From positions 8,618,001 to 8,682,000 of the forward strand of contig NC_134480.1 of the NCBI RefSeq assembly GCF_964194025.1: DNA of 64,000 nt. The letters are read 5' to 3'. The position numbers were made by a program, and so were the translations under genes. A model generated the notes under the pieces. It ran no database searches. It was given only the letters and a program-made list of their open reading frames with translations, and had not been told where the DNA came from. Of the stretch, positions 52,601 to 62,372 are shown piece after piece; within the stretch, counting starts at the first letter, position 1, and every line of letters begins with the position of its first letter. This stretch comes from Convolutriloba macropyga. Taxonomy: Eukaryota.

Positions 52601-55600
52601 AAACATAAGTTGTCTTATCGAAAAGAATTGAGCTAGTTCTGAATGAAAATATTGAAAACAATGTGAGGTTCTGCTTCGAGACTGTAAAGGAACTTGGTTC
52701 CGTTGCAACTTTAGAAATTATTTTTTAATCTATTCTCCCCCCCCCCCCATGGTTTTTATGCCTCTCAATTACCTTTTTGTTATATAGCACATTACTATTT
52801 TCAAACTTTTGCAGTACTGATTCACGCTTTGATTTTGAAACTGGCTTGCTTTTGTGCTCACGTTGTTGAAAATTTGTTAGTTTTGTGCTAATAGACGATA
52901 AAAAAGAAATACACAAAAACACCAAACATGAACATTCATGCCACCCCAGTGCCAGTACTAAAAAAAACTAGTAATTTTGGGGCCTGAGAAAAGTATGTAA
53001 AATAGTCAGAGCGACGAATAAGAAGTTATTCTTATAAAAGTTTAATTAGCAAGCTTAAAATACTTAAAAATATTTAAAAATTGCCGAAAAACATTCAAAG
53101 CGCTGTGAGTTGTTACTCTAGTCAAAGAGTCCACTCAAATTCCGCTCAAAAATGCAAGACTTGTCCGGAATGAGCTCAATCGTTGAAAAAAGATGCAAGA
53201 AATGAGCGAATTTGAGCGGAAAGAAATGCAAGGAATGAGCGGAATTTGAGCGGAAAAAAATGGAAGAAATGAGCAGAATTTGAACGGAACACACCCTGTA
53301 TTTAGCACAGCATATTCAAAAATTCAGAGTATTGGTTTTTGCATAGGATAAGGTTGGTTTCTAGGCTATACAATATAGATTTCTAGGCTCTATTGCGTTT
53401 TTTTGGCGTCTCAAGGGCTGTAAATTTACCGCTTTTTTTCGCTCAAATGTTAGTCATTTCTTGAATTTTAATTCCGTTGAAATTTCGTCATAGTTGCATT
53501 TTGTTCCGCTCAAATTCCGCTCATTTCTTGCAATTTGATACCGCACACATTCCGCTTATTTCAAAAAATTTTAAGGGCCTTGAGCGGATTTTGCTAAACT
53601 CATTCCTCAACTGAGGCAACAAGCTGAAATGTGCAATCAAGTGTTAAAAACTCAGTAGAGGTTTTTCAAACACTTATGAGAAACATTACTCCACCGGTAA
53701 CTATTTTCCAACAAACTTATCAAATATTTTTGATAATTTCCTAGCGATTCGAATTACTTTTTGCACATTTTCGAGAGGCTACATTACTTTAAATGTCAAA
53801 AAATTGAATTGAACATTTCTGAGGCCAATTTTAGAAATATAAAATTTAAATTACACAAGAAATATCTTTTTAAGCAAATATTGAAGTTTTTAGCATGAGA
53901 ATTTTTTAGTATGGTGAAAGAAAGTACTCAGAAATCATCAAAAATTTCACACCACACTCGAAGTAAAAATTGGACAAATTACTCCAACCCCCCTCCCCAA
54001 ACAATTTATGCGTCTTTAAAACAGAAAAATAAGGAATTTTTTCACAAATTGCGTTTCAGCATCGATGGTTGTCTCGTTGACATTCTTCGAGCTGACCTTC
54101 TTCACAGCCTGTTTGTCAGTTCACACCAAGAGAGTTCACTGCACGTCCTCAAAACTTGACAAAGCTCCGAGTAACAGCAGCCTTTTCAACGTCGTAGGAC
54201 CAGGCACTCATCATCGTCTATGATCTCGCTCACCAGGGCCTCAAATGCTCAAAATAAGGAAAATGTAATCTGTTTTTATTTGCGCCCAATCACCTTAGTC
54301 GGTGCATATTATTTACAACTCCTGTAAAATTGAATTTCACGAACGAAATTGGCAGAACTTTTCAAACCAGATATTACAAAACGTCAAAAGACAACGAATA
54401 TCGAAAAAAAAGTATCTAAATTTAAAGCAAAAAACGGAAACGAACAATTATATACAGATATTTGTCTGTGAAGTGGGCTAACCAAAAAAGTTTTTAAAAT
54501 ATTTTAAAATAGGAAAGAAATTATTATCATTAGGAGCCAAATAAAATGAGGCCATTACTTACGCAAACTGTAGCTTAATTCATGCAAAACAGCCTTACAG
54601 AATTAGATACTGAAACAAATGGACGAGTGGTTGCAAACAAGCAAGCCGAAATTTTATTAAAAAACCAGTGGGCGGAAAATTTTCAAAAAGGCGCTATTGT
54701 AGATTGTTCCTGTCGGTTTTCGGATTGCCTCCTGCAGTGGATGAGAAGCATAGAAACCACTCGATACCTTGAAAAGTGACTTACTGTTTCTTCGGTGCAT
54801 TGTAATATATTATACAACAAAAATACTGCGCATTGACTTGATTAATTGCTCTCGAATGAGAAGCAATTATATTCAACACTTGTGCATTTTTTATGAAAAA
54901 TTTTTGCTTGACCGTTTTGTCCCATTCTTCTAGATTTATCTTTGTCTTCTCATGTGACTTTTCACGCACTTCTTGATTTTTGAGTGCAATTGCTCACACT
55001 CCGAAATATGGTTTGTTTGTTCAATCAAACCGATTGTTAGAGAGTAGATGACCAGGCCCTGATAGCCGAGTGTCGAACTCCGCCGTCGAGGTGGAACAAT
55101 CGGACTCAGGAAGTTGGGTTCGAATCCTACCTTCAGCTGATGATTTTGCACCATTAAAATTAAAAAATTATCTACGATACAGCCCCTGTGTTTTGGTTCA
55201 CAAGGTTTTATTTCAATCAGCTTTCGTAACTACTACTTATTTTGAGGCTTGCTTTTATGTCGGCTTACTTTTTTATTGGCTTACGTTGTACTCACCGAAA
55301 CGACAATACTAATTGCTATATACTAAAATACAAAACATATTAGAATATTCTATCCTAAAAAATATAATTGGCATTTTTTACGGTGACATCTCAAGGAATA
55401 GACGTACTAAAATGCAAAATTTTCATCAAATTTGATTAGTTGAGAAATGAAAAGCACTATAAAATTGTGCATTCAATTAGCCTAATTTCAAAATAGCCTA
55501 AATCTAGATGACACAAATACTGTGTGTGGCCCTGCTTTACGGGCTATGGTACGGGCATCAGTGGCTCGTGGGACTTGATATTAATCTATAACTAACAGCC

Positions 55601-58600
55601 AAACGCCAAAAAATTTTCCTGAAAAAAGCTTATTTTTCTCCTTATGCCATATTTTAAAATAATAGTGTTAAAAGGGCCGAGTGGAGCGCAACGCAACCGT
55701 ATATTATTTATAATTAAGCAATGACAACTGATTAGTTAGCAATTTTTCATATTTGGTGAACTTAAACTTATTCCAATCAGATTGTTTTGGCTAGGTAAAA
55801 GTTAGGGTGAAACTTGTCGCATACTTCTAATAATTGGTTTAAATTATGTTGCTCACTTAACAAGGGGTCAAAAGTAAGAGACCGCAGAAATGAAACAAAA
55901 TTTTTGGATCTGTTCCTCACACGGTTTTTTTATTACCTCAATTTATAAATTATGTTTTGTTATATAGCAAGTTAATGTGTAAAAAATAGCACGTGCGGGG
56001 AGTACAATTTATGCGCACACGAAGCTGGGGGCACAAACAGAAAGGATCAGACAAAAAAGAAATTAATGAAAATCAAAATTTTTTAAACTGGGGTAAGGTG
56101 AAAGAGATCAGGTCCCTGTCCACCTCCCGCCTGCAATACCCCTCACTCAGTTTCACCCGAGATAGCGGAAGAAATAGCCAGCACTAAACTTGGAGCCAGC
56201 GATCCAAATAAGACCCCCTCTGCGGGTTCTCGTCGAAACAGCAACCCACTCGTAAAGGAAACCAAAATTGTTTCCTTTTTCCAGCTGCCTAAAAGTAAAA
56301 ATGACCACTTGTTTCTTGTACCCATATTCATACAAACCAATGTTCAAGCTCCCCCCCCCCCTCCCCGTTGTTGTTATACAGAATGTGACTAGCAAGTGTG
56401 CTTACAGGTTTGGTTACAGTTATCGGGACGGCTATAAAGGGAAAATCGGTTTTTGAACAGGGGGGGGGGGGTGCACTGAAGGAATTTGTTATTCTGTTGG
56501 GGGGGGGGGGGTCACAGAAGCATTACAGGGGGGAAATTGGACCATTTTGCGCCGCTTATTCGAAAATTTTGTAGGCGGAAAAGGAAACAGTTTCAGGAAA
56601 TCGACGATTCGTGGGCGCTGAATTTAGCCGAGCGATACCTCATCAAATATATGCCCAAAATCATTCTTCACGATGTGTCGAGGGTCATAATCTTAATCGG
56701 AGTGGGTGTTCTTTTAGCCATAGCCACACGAAGTACGATTAAAATGCCTGAATACATTAACGAAGTTGAATATCAACCCGACAGCTCGAAAGTTATCGAA
56801 TATTATCACACAGAAGAGCGTCTGTTTCGAAAACCGACAGTCGTTGCTTTCGTTCTGAACGAAAAAATAAACTACAGCAACCCCGAAAACAGAGAAAATT
56901 TAAATCAAATCGTTGACGATCTGATAAAAACTGGATTTTTTCTGAATTTTACAGACCTCGTTTGGTTTTATGACGATATCAGAGAAGACAATTTGATTAA
57001 CGAAAAGAATGGAAACGAAATTGAATTCACTCCTACAGACATAAAAGCCTGGCTTAAAGAGACAAAAGCAAAAGTTAAACGAAATATTTTCAAAAACGAT
57101 ATAATATTGGATAAAAACGGCAAACATATTGAGAAAAGTCGTTTTTTCCTACTCACGATTGAAATTTCACAATATGATTCGATGACAATTAAAAGTTTCT
57201 TCGAAACTATTTATCCCGTTATTGATAATTGCCCGTTTAAGCTGTACACAACCAGTATTCACCTGTCAAGGTGGGAGAGGAATATTACGATGAAACAGAG
57301 TATCTGGAGGTCTATTGGAATCGGACTTGGATGCTGTATGCTTGTGATGTCATTGCTACTCGGCGACTTCCGAGTGATTTTTCTATCGGTACTGGTAACT
57401 GCTTGCTCTATGGTGTCTGTTTTGGGCTATATGGGCGTGTGGGGTATCACTTACAATATGTCAACCTATATTGAAGTTCTTCTTCTAATAGGTTAGTTTG
57501 AGCTACAATTGATATTTTAAAGACGTTTAGAATTGGCTTAACACTCTTTATCCAGGCTGAGGTACCAGGCCGAAGTGACCGCTATTCAGACCTTCCTAGA
57601 CAAGAGTGACCTCTGATCAGACCATCTCCGACCGATAAGACCGTTCAAAACCAGAATAAATCCTGATCAGACTGTTCCTGACCACGAAATATACATCATA
57701 TCATCACATTTACACTTTTCACGACATTAAGATTCCACTTGTTCCAAAAAAAATTTGTTTGCATCAGTTTTTTAAGCTTTTCTTCTTCCCTATATTAAAG
57801 AGTGATATAGATTTTAGGATATAATGAGTTTTTACATAGTATATTATATTGCGCAGTTTTTGTGGTACTAATTCATAGTTATTGGTCTTGATTAAACTGA
57901 TACCGTATTTTGGACAAATTTCAAGTGATAATTTTGTTCGCAATTTCAAACTCTCTTTTGCTACTTTAACGATGAAAAAGTGCATAGCTTAAAAGCAGCG
58001 TCACTATTCGTAACTAGTTCTTAAATGATGGTACTTTTTTGTTACAAATTTTTAAGCAGCCACAATCTTGGAAGCAGTTTGGATCACAGTTTGGGCCAAG
58101 TCTTTTTATAGCTGCAAAGCTGTAAGCTGAGTGGAGCTAAAGTGCGATTTTACTCCAATCACAGAAATTGAATTCAATTGGGGCGCTGTATTTTTTTAAG
58201 ATCGGTTCACACATTTTCAAGCTGTTGAAGTCATATTGGAGTAATGATGTGAAGTGGAGTGAAAATGCAAACGTTTTTGCAGCGTGAAACTTTTTGCATT
58301 CTTTTTAAAGTAAAGTGAGAAAATGGTGTTTTTTTCTAAAAGATTTTTCCATTGCATTCATAGTTCATTCTTTGACTCGTTTTTTCCTTAGTAAATAAAA
58401 ATTCACTCAATTCAGCAAGGACTTGTTCCTCTATGTTTTTTTTCCGGCGTCTGCCACTTTTTTTCATTTGACATTTGTTCACATCGCAAATCTGGAAAAC
58501 CCAATTTTTCTGAATGTTATCTTCCTCTCACTAACAGCATTTGCGCGCATGATTTTGTTTCTCAACCACTCTAGCAAAAAATTTTATCTCATTTGTGTGA

Positions 58601-61209
58601 TTAAATTGTAATCATACGTGACTTAATTCGCTCAATAAAATGACTTTTACACTTTAAAACAAGTTTAGGTTGATTTTCTTTAAGGTCAAAGGAACTCATA
58701 TATGTAATAAAGGCTAATAAAAACTCTTTTACGCAGTGAATTTTAACAAGCCTGATTGATATGTTGCAGAATATTTTGACATAGTTTTCGGCGTCGGTAA
58801 CTTTTTTTATCTTATATCGGTATTCACTTCTGTCTATCTTATAAGAAGACAGGATTTTATTTCGCAACTTTTCCAGCAATCCACCGGTTATGTTGTTCAT
58901 TTGTAACAATTTTTCGGGTCTAATAGCCAGAATAATGATTTTTCTATTGCTTGGATTATTTTTCAAGTCTTTTTCAGATGTATTTTCCAAAAGAATTAGA
59001 CCAATTTGATTTGCAAAAGGAATTTGTCTAATTGTTGTTCATAAAGCGTACTAGATATCTCTTTGTCTCACTACTTGAGTGCAGTGAAAGACAATTGTAT
59101 CTGAAGACAAATTTTTGAAAATTCTTTAAACTTGTCTTGAATTCGCAAAAATCTTTTTGTAACAAAACTGCAGCTTTTGAATTAACTCTTTGATATAACA
59201 ATGATGCCACCCAGTATAATGAACAAGTACTGCTTTCATAATTGCATTTGAACAATTTTTGAAGCAATTATTCTTGTTGCCAAGCAGTTTTTTTCTAGAA
59301 TTATCTTTTGCTTGCATGAGAAACACCCCAACTTTTGGCTCCGCATTTTTTGCCTCCTCTTAGTCACGCAATTTACCCAGTGCTACTATCCTCTCTAAGT
59401 TTAATCTAGCTGTAGCCATGTCATTCGAGAACAGTTCGTCCGACGGTATTAAATTATGTTTATCAGGTGCCCATAATTTGTCCATTCCTCAAACATATAT
59501 ATTCACCATCATTTTTTTACCTTAATGAACTTCTGTTTTATCTATTATCATAGAAGTGTCAGTTGCTTTTGCTCAAATTTTTAACCATATACATGGAAAT
59601 AATTAATTTGTGGAAAAATGCATTTTTGATTTTCGGCCAAAATTTTAAAAGATGTAAAATTCATTGTTCATAATTTAAGAACTCAATATCTCAGGGCCGG
59701 GGTACAACCTAGAGCGATCGATAGGAGCTTAACATTTTTTAATAGCCGCACAGCGATAGCTGGGGCTATTATTGGCCTTCTCTTGATTTTTTTACAATTC
59801 AAAGAATTTGAAATGTATTGGGGCGCTGTCTTTTTTTTAAGATCTGTTCACACATTTTCATGATTTTTGAAGTCAAATGGGAGTAGTGATTTTGGTCCCG
59901 CAGAAACAGGAAATCGAGCGAAAAAGCGAGTGGTTTTGTGTAGAGTAAGAAAGGTAGAAAGGTAGTAAGAAAAGTAGAGTGAGAAAACGGTGTTTGAACA
60001 AAAATTCGCTTTCTCGCTAGTGATTTTTTGTTCACATGCGGCATTTTGACATTGATTTTCTGTTTTTTTTCTGATCTGATTTTTTAAAATGGTTTTTGCA
60101 ATCCATTCATAGTCCTTTCTAGATCTAGTTTTTTGTTTAGTCAATGAAAATTCTTTGAATTGTACGTCAGGACTTGTCCTGCTTTTTTTTGTTTCGTCGT
60201 CATGATTTTTGTTACGACCATATGACGTCACAGCCTCTTTTTGTTCATTCGTTCATGCAATTTCAACTGAATTGCATGTGTGACGTCATTTTTCGCTCTT
60301 AGTGGAGCGAGTTTTTTTGTTCATGCGCGTGATTAAATTTTTGGTCACACTTGACTTACCTCACTCTCAAAAATGACTTCCTCACTTTGAAATTGACTTT
60401 TATTTACTTTAATTCAAAGATATAGGGTCAAATGGGTGTGTGTTACTCTAAATGAAGGTTATTTGAGATCAGCTAATAGAGGCAGCAATAACTTATACAG
60501 ATTTTTAATCAAAATATAACAGATCAGCCTTCAATGAAAAGACGAATTTTTTTGGTCTGTCTTTTTTACTGTTTTTTTAGACTTCCGATCTACGAATCTA
60601 TTGCGGCTATTTTCTGGCAATCTGCCAGCTATGTTTTTCAATTTTCATCATTGCATGAAATCTACTTTTGTTAAACATGGGTCACCTTTTCAAGGTTTGT
60701 GCGTGGACTATGCCTCTCACAGCGGTCACAGCTATAAGAGATCCCGAGGACTGACTTCAAAAGGCAGAGCCGAAGCATCACTGGAAGCCATGGGAGTGCC
60801 TTTAATCAACGCCGCTGCATCATCAATTCTGGGAATCGTGATGCTAGCCTTTTCCAGCTCATACGGGATGCGAACTCTATTCGTCACTGCCCTTTTCCTC
60901 TTCAGTTTCAGTTTTTTCTACGGTGTTTGTGTTCTGCCTGTGCTTCTTAGTTTTTTCGGCCCAGTGAACAAAGATCAGTTTTCGGCTGAAACGAGTCGCA
61001 TGGCGTCGTTGGGGATTCGCGAAAATGAAGAAAATGCAACTGCGATAGAGAAAGGTCAATGTCAAAAGTCGCAATCTTTGGGCAACAACTTGGACACGGA
61101 AAAACTGGAAAAATCGCGAAGTGTTTTAAGACTTTCAGCTGACGGTGATGAACAAATACTTGACGCGAAGTCGACTAATATAAGCGTGAATGAAAGTTCG
61201 GTACTTTAA
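37845..61209 (+). CDS. Patched domain-containing protein (PTCHD3/patched-related-like, RND superfamily, sterol-sensing domain); spliced gene with at least 6 coding exons, roughly 950 aa
   Basis: Exons join in matching phase through GT-AG introns. The product has TM1, a large luminal loop, an SSD (TPFIILGVGIDGAF; ISNLTSLLAFTVG; ELTFFTACL), a second luminal loop, and C-terminal TMs (IGLCVDYASH; MGVPLINAAASSILG; GVCVLPVLLS). Exact orthology cannot be determined here. Confidence 0.9.
38311..38502. mobile_element. MITE family A copy (GGATC...GATCC termini)
   Basis: TIR GGATCTTTTC; perfect 8-bp TSD CTTTTGTC (38303-38310 and 38503-38510). Confidence 0.88.
38617..38777. mobile_element. MITE family A copy (161 bp)
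   Basis: Perfect TIR GGATCTTTTCCGTTTGTGCCCCCC; flanks CAATTTTT and GAATTTTT (7/8). Confidence 0.9.
38839..38959. mobile_element. MITE family B copy (GGGTCTTTCCCATTATAGC termini, ~120 bp)
   Basis: TIRs present and a perfect 8-bp TSD TATATTTT; relatives at 37425-37542 and 48683-48806. Confidence 0.88.
39340..40970 (-). mobile_element. Decayed non-LTR retrotransposon (LINE, CR1/L2-like) RT fragment
   Basis: The - strand gives VAFFADFSKAFD (~40892-40857) and LFTEDLKL (~40629-40606, a degenerate FADDLKL). Boundaries are approximate. Confidence 0.7.
40026..40186. mobile_element. MITE family A variant (TIR GGATCTATTCTGTTTCGGCCCCCC), inserted in the LINE remnant
   Basis: TIRs present; flanks GAATATAC and GAATATTC (7/8). 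Confidence 0.85.
41834..42336 (+). mobile_element. Helentron-like non-autonomous element (internally deleted copy of 59741-60633)
   Basis: 5' AATAGCCGC, 3' GCGGCTATT plus hairpin CTGGCA-ATC-TGCCAG and CTATGTTT. The 3' ~450 bp is nearly identical to 60185-60633. Confidence 0.75.
43640..43693. repeat. (CT)n microsatellite
   Basis: Seen directly. Confidence 0.97.
44090..44616 (+). mobile_element. Helentron-like non-autonomous element, second subfamily
   Basis: Same subterminal IR, with hairpin CCGGCA-ATC-TGCCGG. The 5' ~330 bp is duplicated at 41491-41830. Confidence 0.75.
46104..46931 (+). CDS. PTCHD-like coding exon 2 (luminal domain 1, TM2-TM4 start)
   Basis: Acceptor ttcacag| and donor G|gtaagt, both phase 1; encodes YKDVCA and ...TPFIILG. 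Confidence 0.92.
47491..48041 (+). mobile_element. Helentron-like non-autonomous element, third family
   Basis: 5' AATTGCTCTCAAA after a T run; 3' TTTGAGAGCAATT plus hairpin CCAAC-GTTA-GTTGG. Confidence 0.65.
48267..48431. mobile_element. MITE family A variant
   Basis: GGATCTATGCTGTT...AACAGAATAGATCC termini; GCACGTGC core. Confidence 0.8.
48683..48806. mobile_element. MITE family B copy
   Basis: Inverted copy of 38839-38959; flanks CAAGTTTG and TAAGTTTG (7/8). Confidence 0.85.
49391..51590 (+). repeat. Long interspersed repeat related to ~41170-41480 and ~42340-43440
   Basis: GGGCATTA.G.TTCATTAGAGGCCC occurs at 41172 and 49418, followed by collinear T-rich subrepeats (GCATAGTTTCTAG...AATGGAAT). 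It ends in the same GCGGCTATTTTCCGGCAATCTG terminus at ~51557-51590. Confidence 0.65.
51811..52014 (+). CDS. PTCHD-like coding exon 3 (SSD TM4-TM5)
   Basis: Acceptor gtatttag| and donor G|gttagt, both phase 1; encodes GVGIDGAFVMMFTW...SIFISNLTSLLAFTVGSFTPY. Confidence 0.92.
53135..53595. repeat. Foldback repeat built of ~33-bp TGAGCGGAATTTGAGCGGAA subunits
   Basis: Direct copies at ~53200-53290 and inverted copies (TTCCGCTCAAATTCCGCTCATTTCTTGCA) at ~53435-53560. Confidence 0.7.
54060..54170 (+). CDS. PTCHD-like coding exon 4 (TM6); 3' end uncertain
   Basis: A phase-1 acceptor gtttcag| gives ASMVVSLTFFELTFFTACLSVHTKR (missed by the ORF track). The frame closes at TGA 54221-23, so the donor must lie earlier; gtaaca at 54171 is one candidate. 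Confidence 0.75.
55055..55138 (+). other. tRNA-derived SINE head or tRNA pseudogene
   Basis: A-box-like TAGCCGAGTG and B-box GGTTCGAATCC; no convincing cloverleaf. Confidence 0.4.
56151..56251 (+). CDS. Possible small PTCHD-like exon (cytoplasmic loop)
   Basis: GC-richer open stretch SPEIAEEIASTKLGASDPNKTPSAGSRRNSNPL between actcag| (phase 1) and |gtaaag (phase 0). It would reconcile the phases of exon 4 and the next exon. Confidence 0.35.
56575..57491 (+). CDS. PTCHD-like large exon (TM7, luminal domain 2, TM8-TM10 start); 5' end uncertain (56575, 56591 or 56597)
   Basis: ORF 56486-57496 contains INYSNPENR, IEKSRF and GYMGVWGITYN...LLLIG; phase-1 donor G|gttagt at 57492. Confidence 0.88.
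59741..60633 (+). mobile_element. Helentron-like non-autonomous element (HINE/DINE-1 architecture)
   Basis: T runs on both sides and no TSD. 5' AATAGCCGC with a local IR (GGCTATT); 3' GCGGCTATT at 60603-11 and a hairpin at 60614-28. Confidence 0.78.
60695..61209 (+). CDS. PTCHD-like last exon (TM10-TM12, C-tail)
   Basis: Phase-1 acceptor ttttcaag|; encodes GLCVDYASH...LPVLLSFFGP; stop TAA at 61207-61209. Confidence 0.92.
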
Positions 61210-61236
61210 AATTATGAAATTAATATCACTATTCCG

Positions 61237-61242
61237 AATAAA
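61237..61242 (+). terminator. Candidate polyadenylation signal
   Basis: AATAAA 27 nt after the stop, with T-rich sequence downstream. Weak evidence in AT-rich DNA. Confidence 0.4.
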
Positions 61243-61723
61243 TTCAGTTACCTTTGGTAAAGTTTGTGAAAACCTGTCCTTATTATAATAACTAATTAAG
61301 CCTTTTGGTTCCTTTTGTTTGCTTCCTGAAAACTTTTCCTTATTCAATGTTCAGTTAATTTACTCGTTTTATTTGTCATTTTTTCAGATTGTTCAGCAAC
61401 ACCTAGTAAGAGATTTGATTAAGACATCTTGACTTTTATAATCAATAGTTGTCTGCAATTTTAGCAATCTTAGATTGGAAAAAATTACATTTAACAACTT
61501 TACAACTTTATTCTCCAAAAAACGTGGACTGGCATTGACTGTTGTTTGTGCAAGAAGTGTTCCAACCTATCAAATAACCGTTTTTAATGACCGCCTTCAG
61601 CTAGTCAATCAGATAGTTTTTAGGAGTTATAGCTTTTACGATTCGAGTGTTTTTAGTGTTTACGTCAATCTGCTAAATTACAGACAAAGTAAGAGAAAAA
61701 GAGACAGGGTATACATTAACCTG

Positions 61724-61728
<5 letters not shown>

Positions 61729-61773
<45 letters not shown>

Positions 61774-61783
61774 AGCAAGAGAG
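61729..61783. repeat. (GA)n microsatellite
   Basis: Seen directly. Confidence 0.95.
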
Positions 61784-62212
61784 AAAAGGCTAAAAATTGG
61801 TGTATTTTTACTTCACATGCGGCATTTTTAAATCTGTTTCAAAAATGTTTGAAAATTTTTGGCCCGAGGAATTTTTTTCACTTGCTTCACTAAATAAATT
61901 ATAGGATTGTGGTTATTTTTAAGCACTTATTAAAGCTTTTTTTAACCGTTTTGTCAGTTTAACTTTTTAAACAATTTCCAATTGTTGTGACATTTTTGAT
62001 CCTACCGGATATTTTTGTTATTACCCATGGAAGTTCTGTGGGTGAAGGTAGTGTTTTTCGAATTATTTGGGTTGCTAATAAAAAATTCAATTAAAAACCC
62101 TTTACTGATAGCAAAAACGATAAAATTACGTTGTCAATTTGCCGTATTTTGTCCTCTTTTTTCGGTCCATTAGTCCAGGTTTTTGTCAATTTTTCATCGC
62201 ACATTAATTTAC

Positions 62213-62372
62213 GGATCTTTTCCGTTTGTTTCCCCCCAGCTTGGTGGGCGCATATTATGTGCCACCCCAGACGCACGTGCCATATTTTTACTTTATGATT
62301 TACTGTGAAACGGCGCGTGCTCTGTAACTTGGGGGTGCATAACTTACTGGGGGGCACAAACGGAAAAGATCC
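62213..62372. mobile_element. MITE family A copy
   Basis: TIR GGATCTTTTCCGTTTGT; flanks TAATTTAC and TAGTTTAC (7/8). Confidence 0.88.

Noticed and set aside
58560-59330. Second LINE fragment (ORFs 58601-58990 and 59028-59267); similar impression at 62690-63130
   Set aside because: Lys-rich and vaguely LINE ORF2-like, but no diagnostic endonuclease or RT motif.
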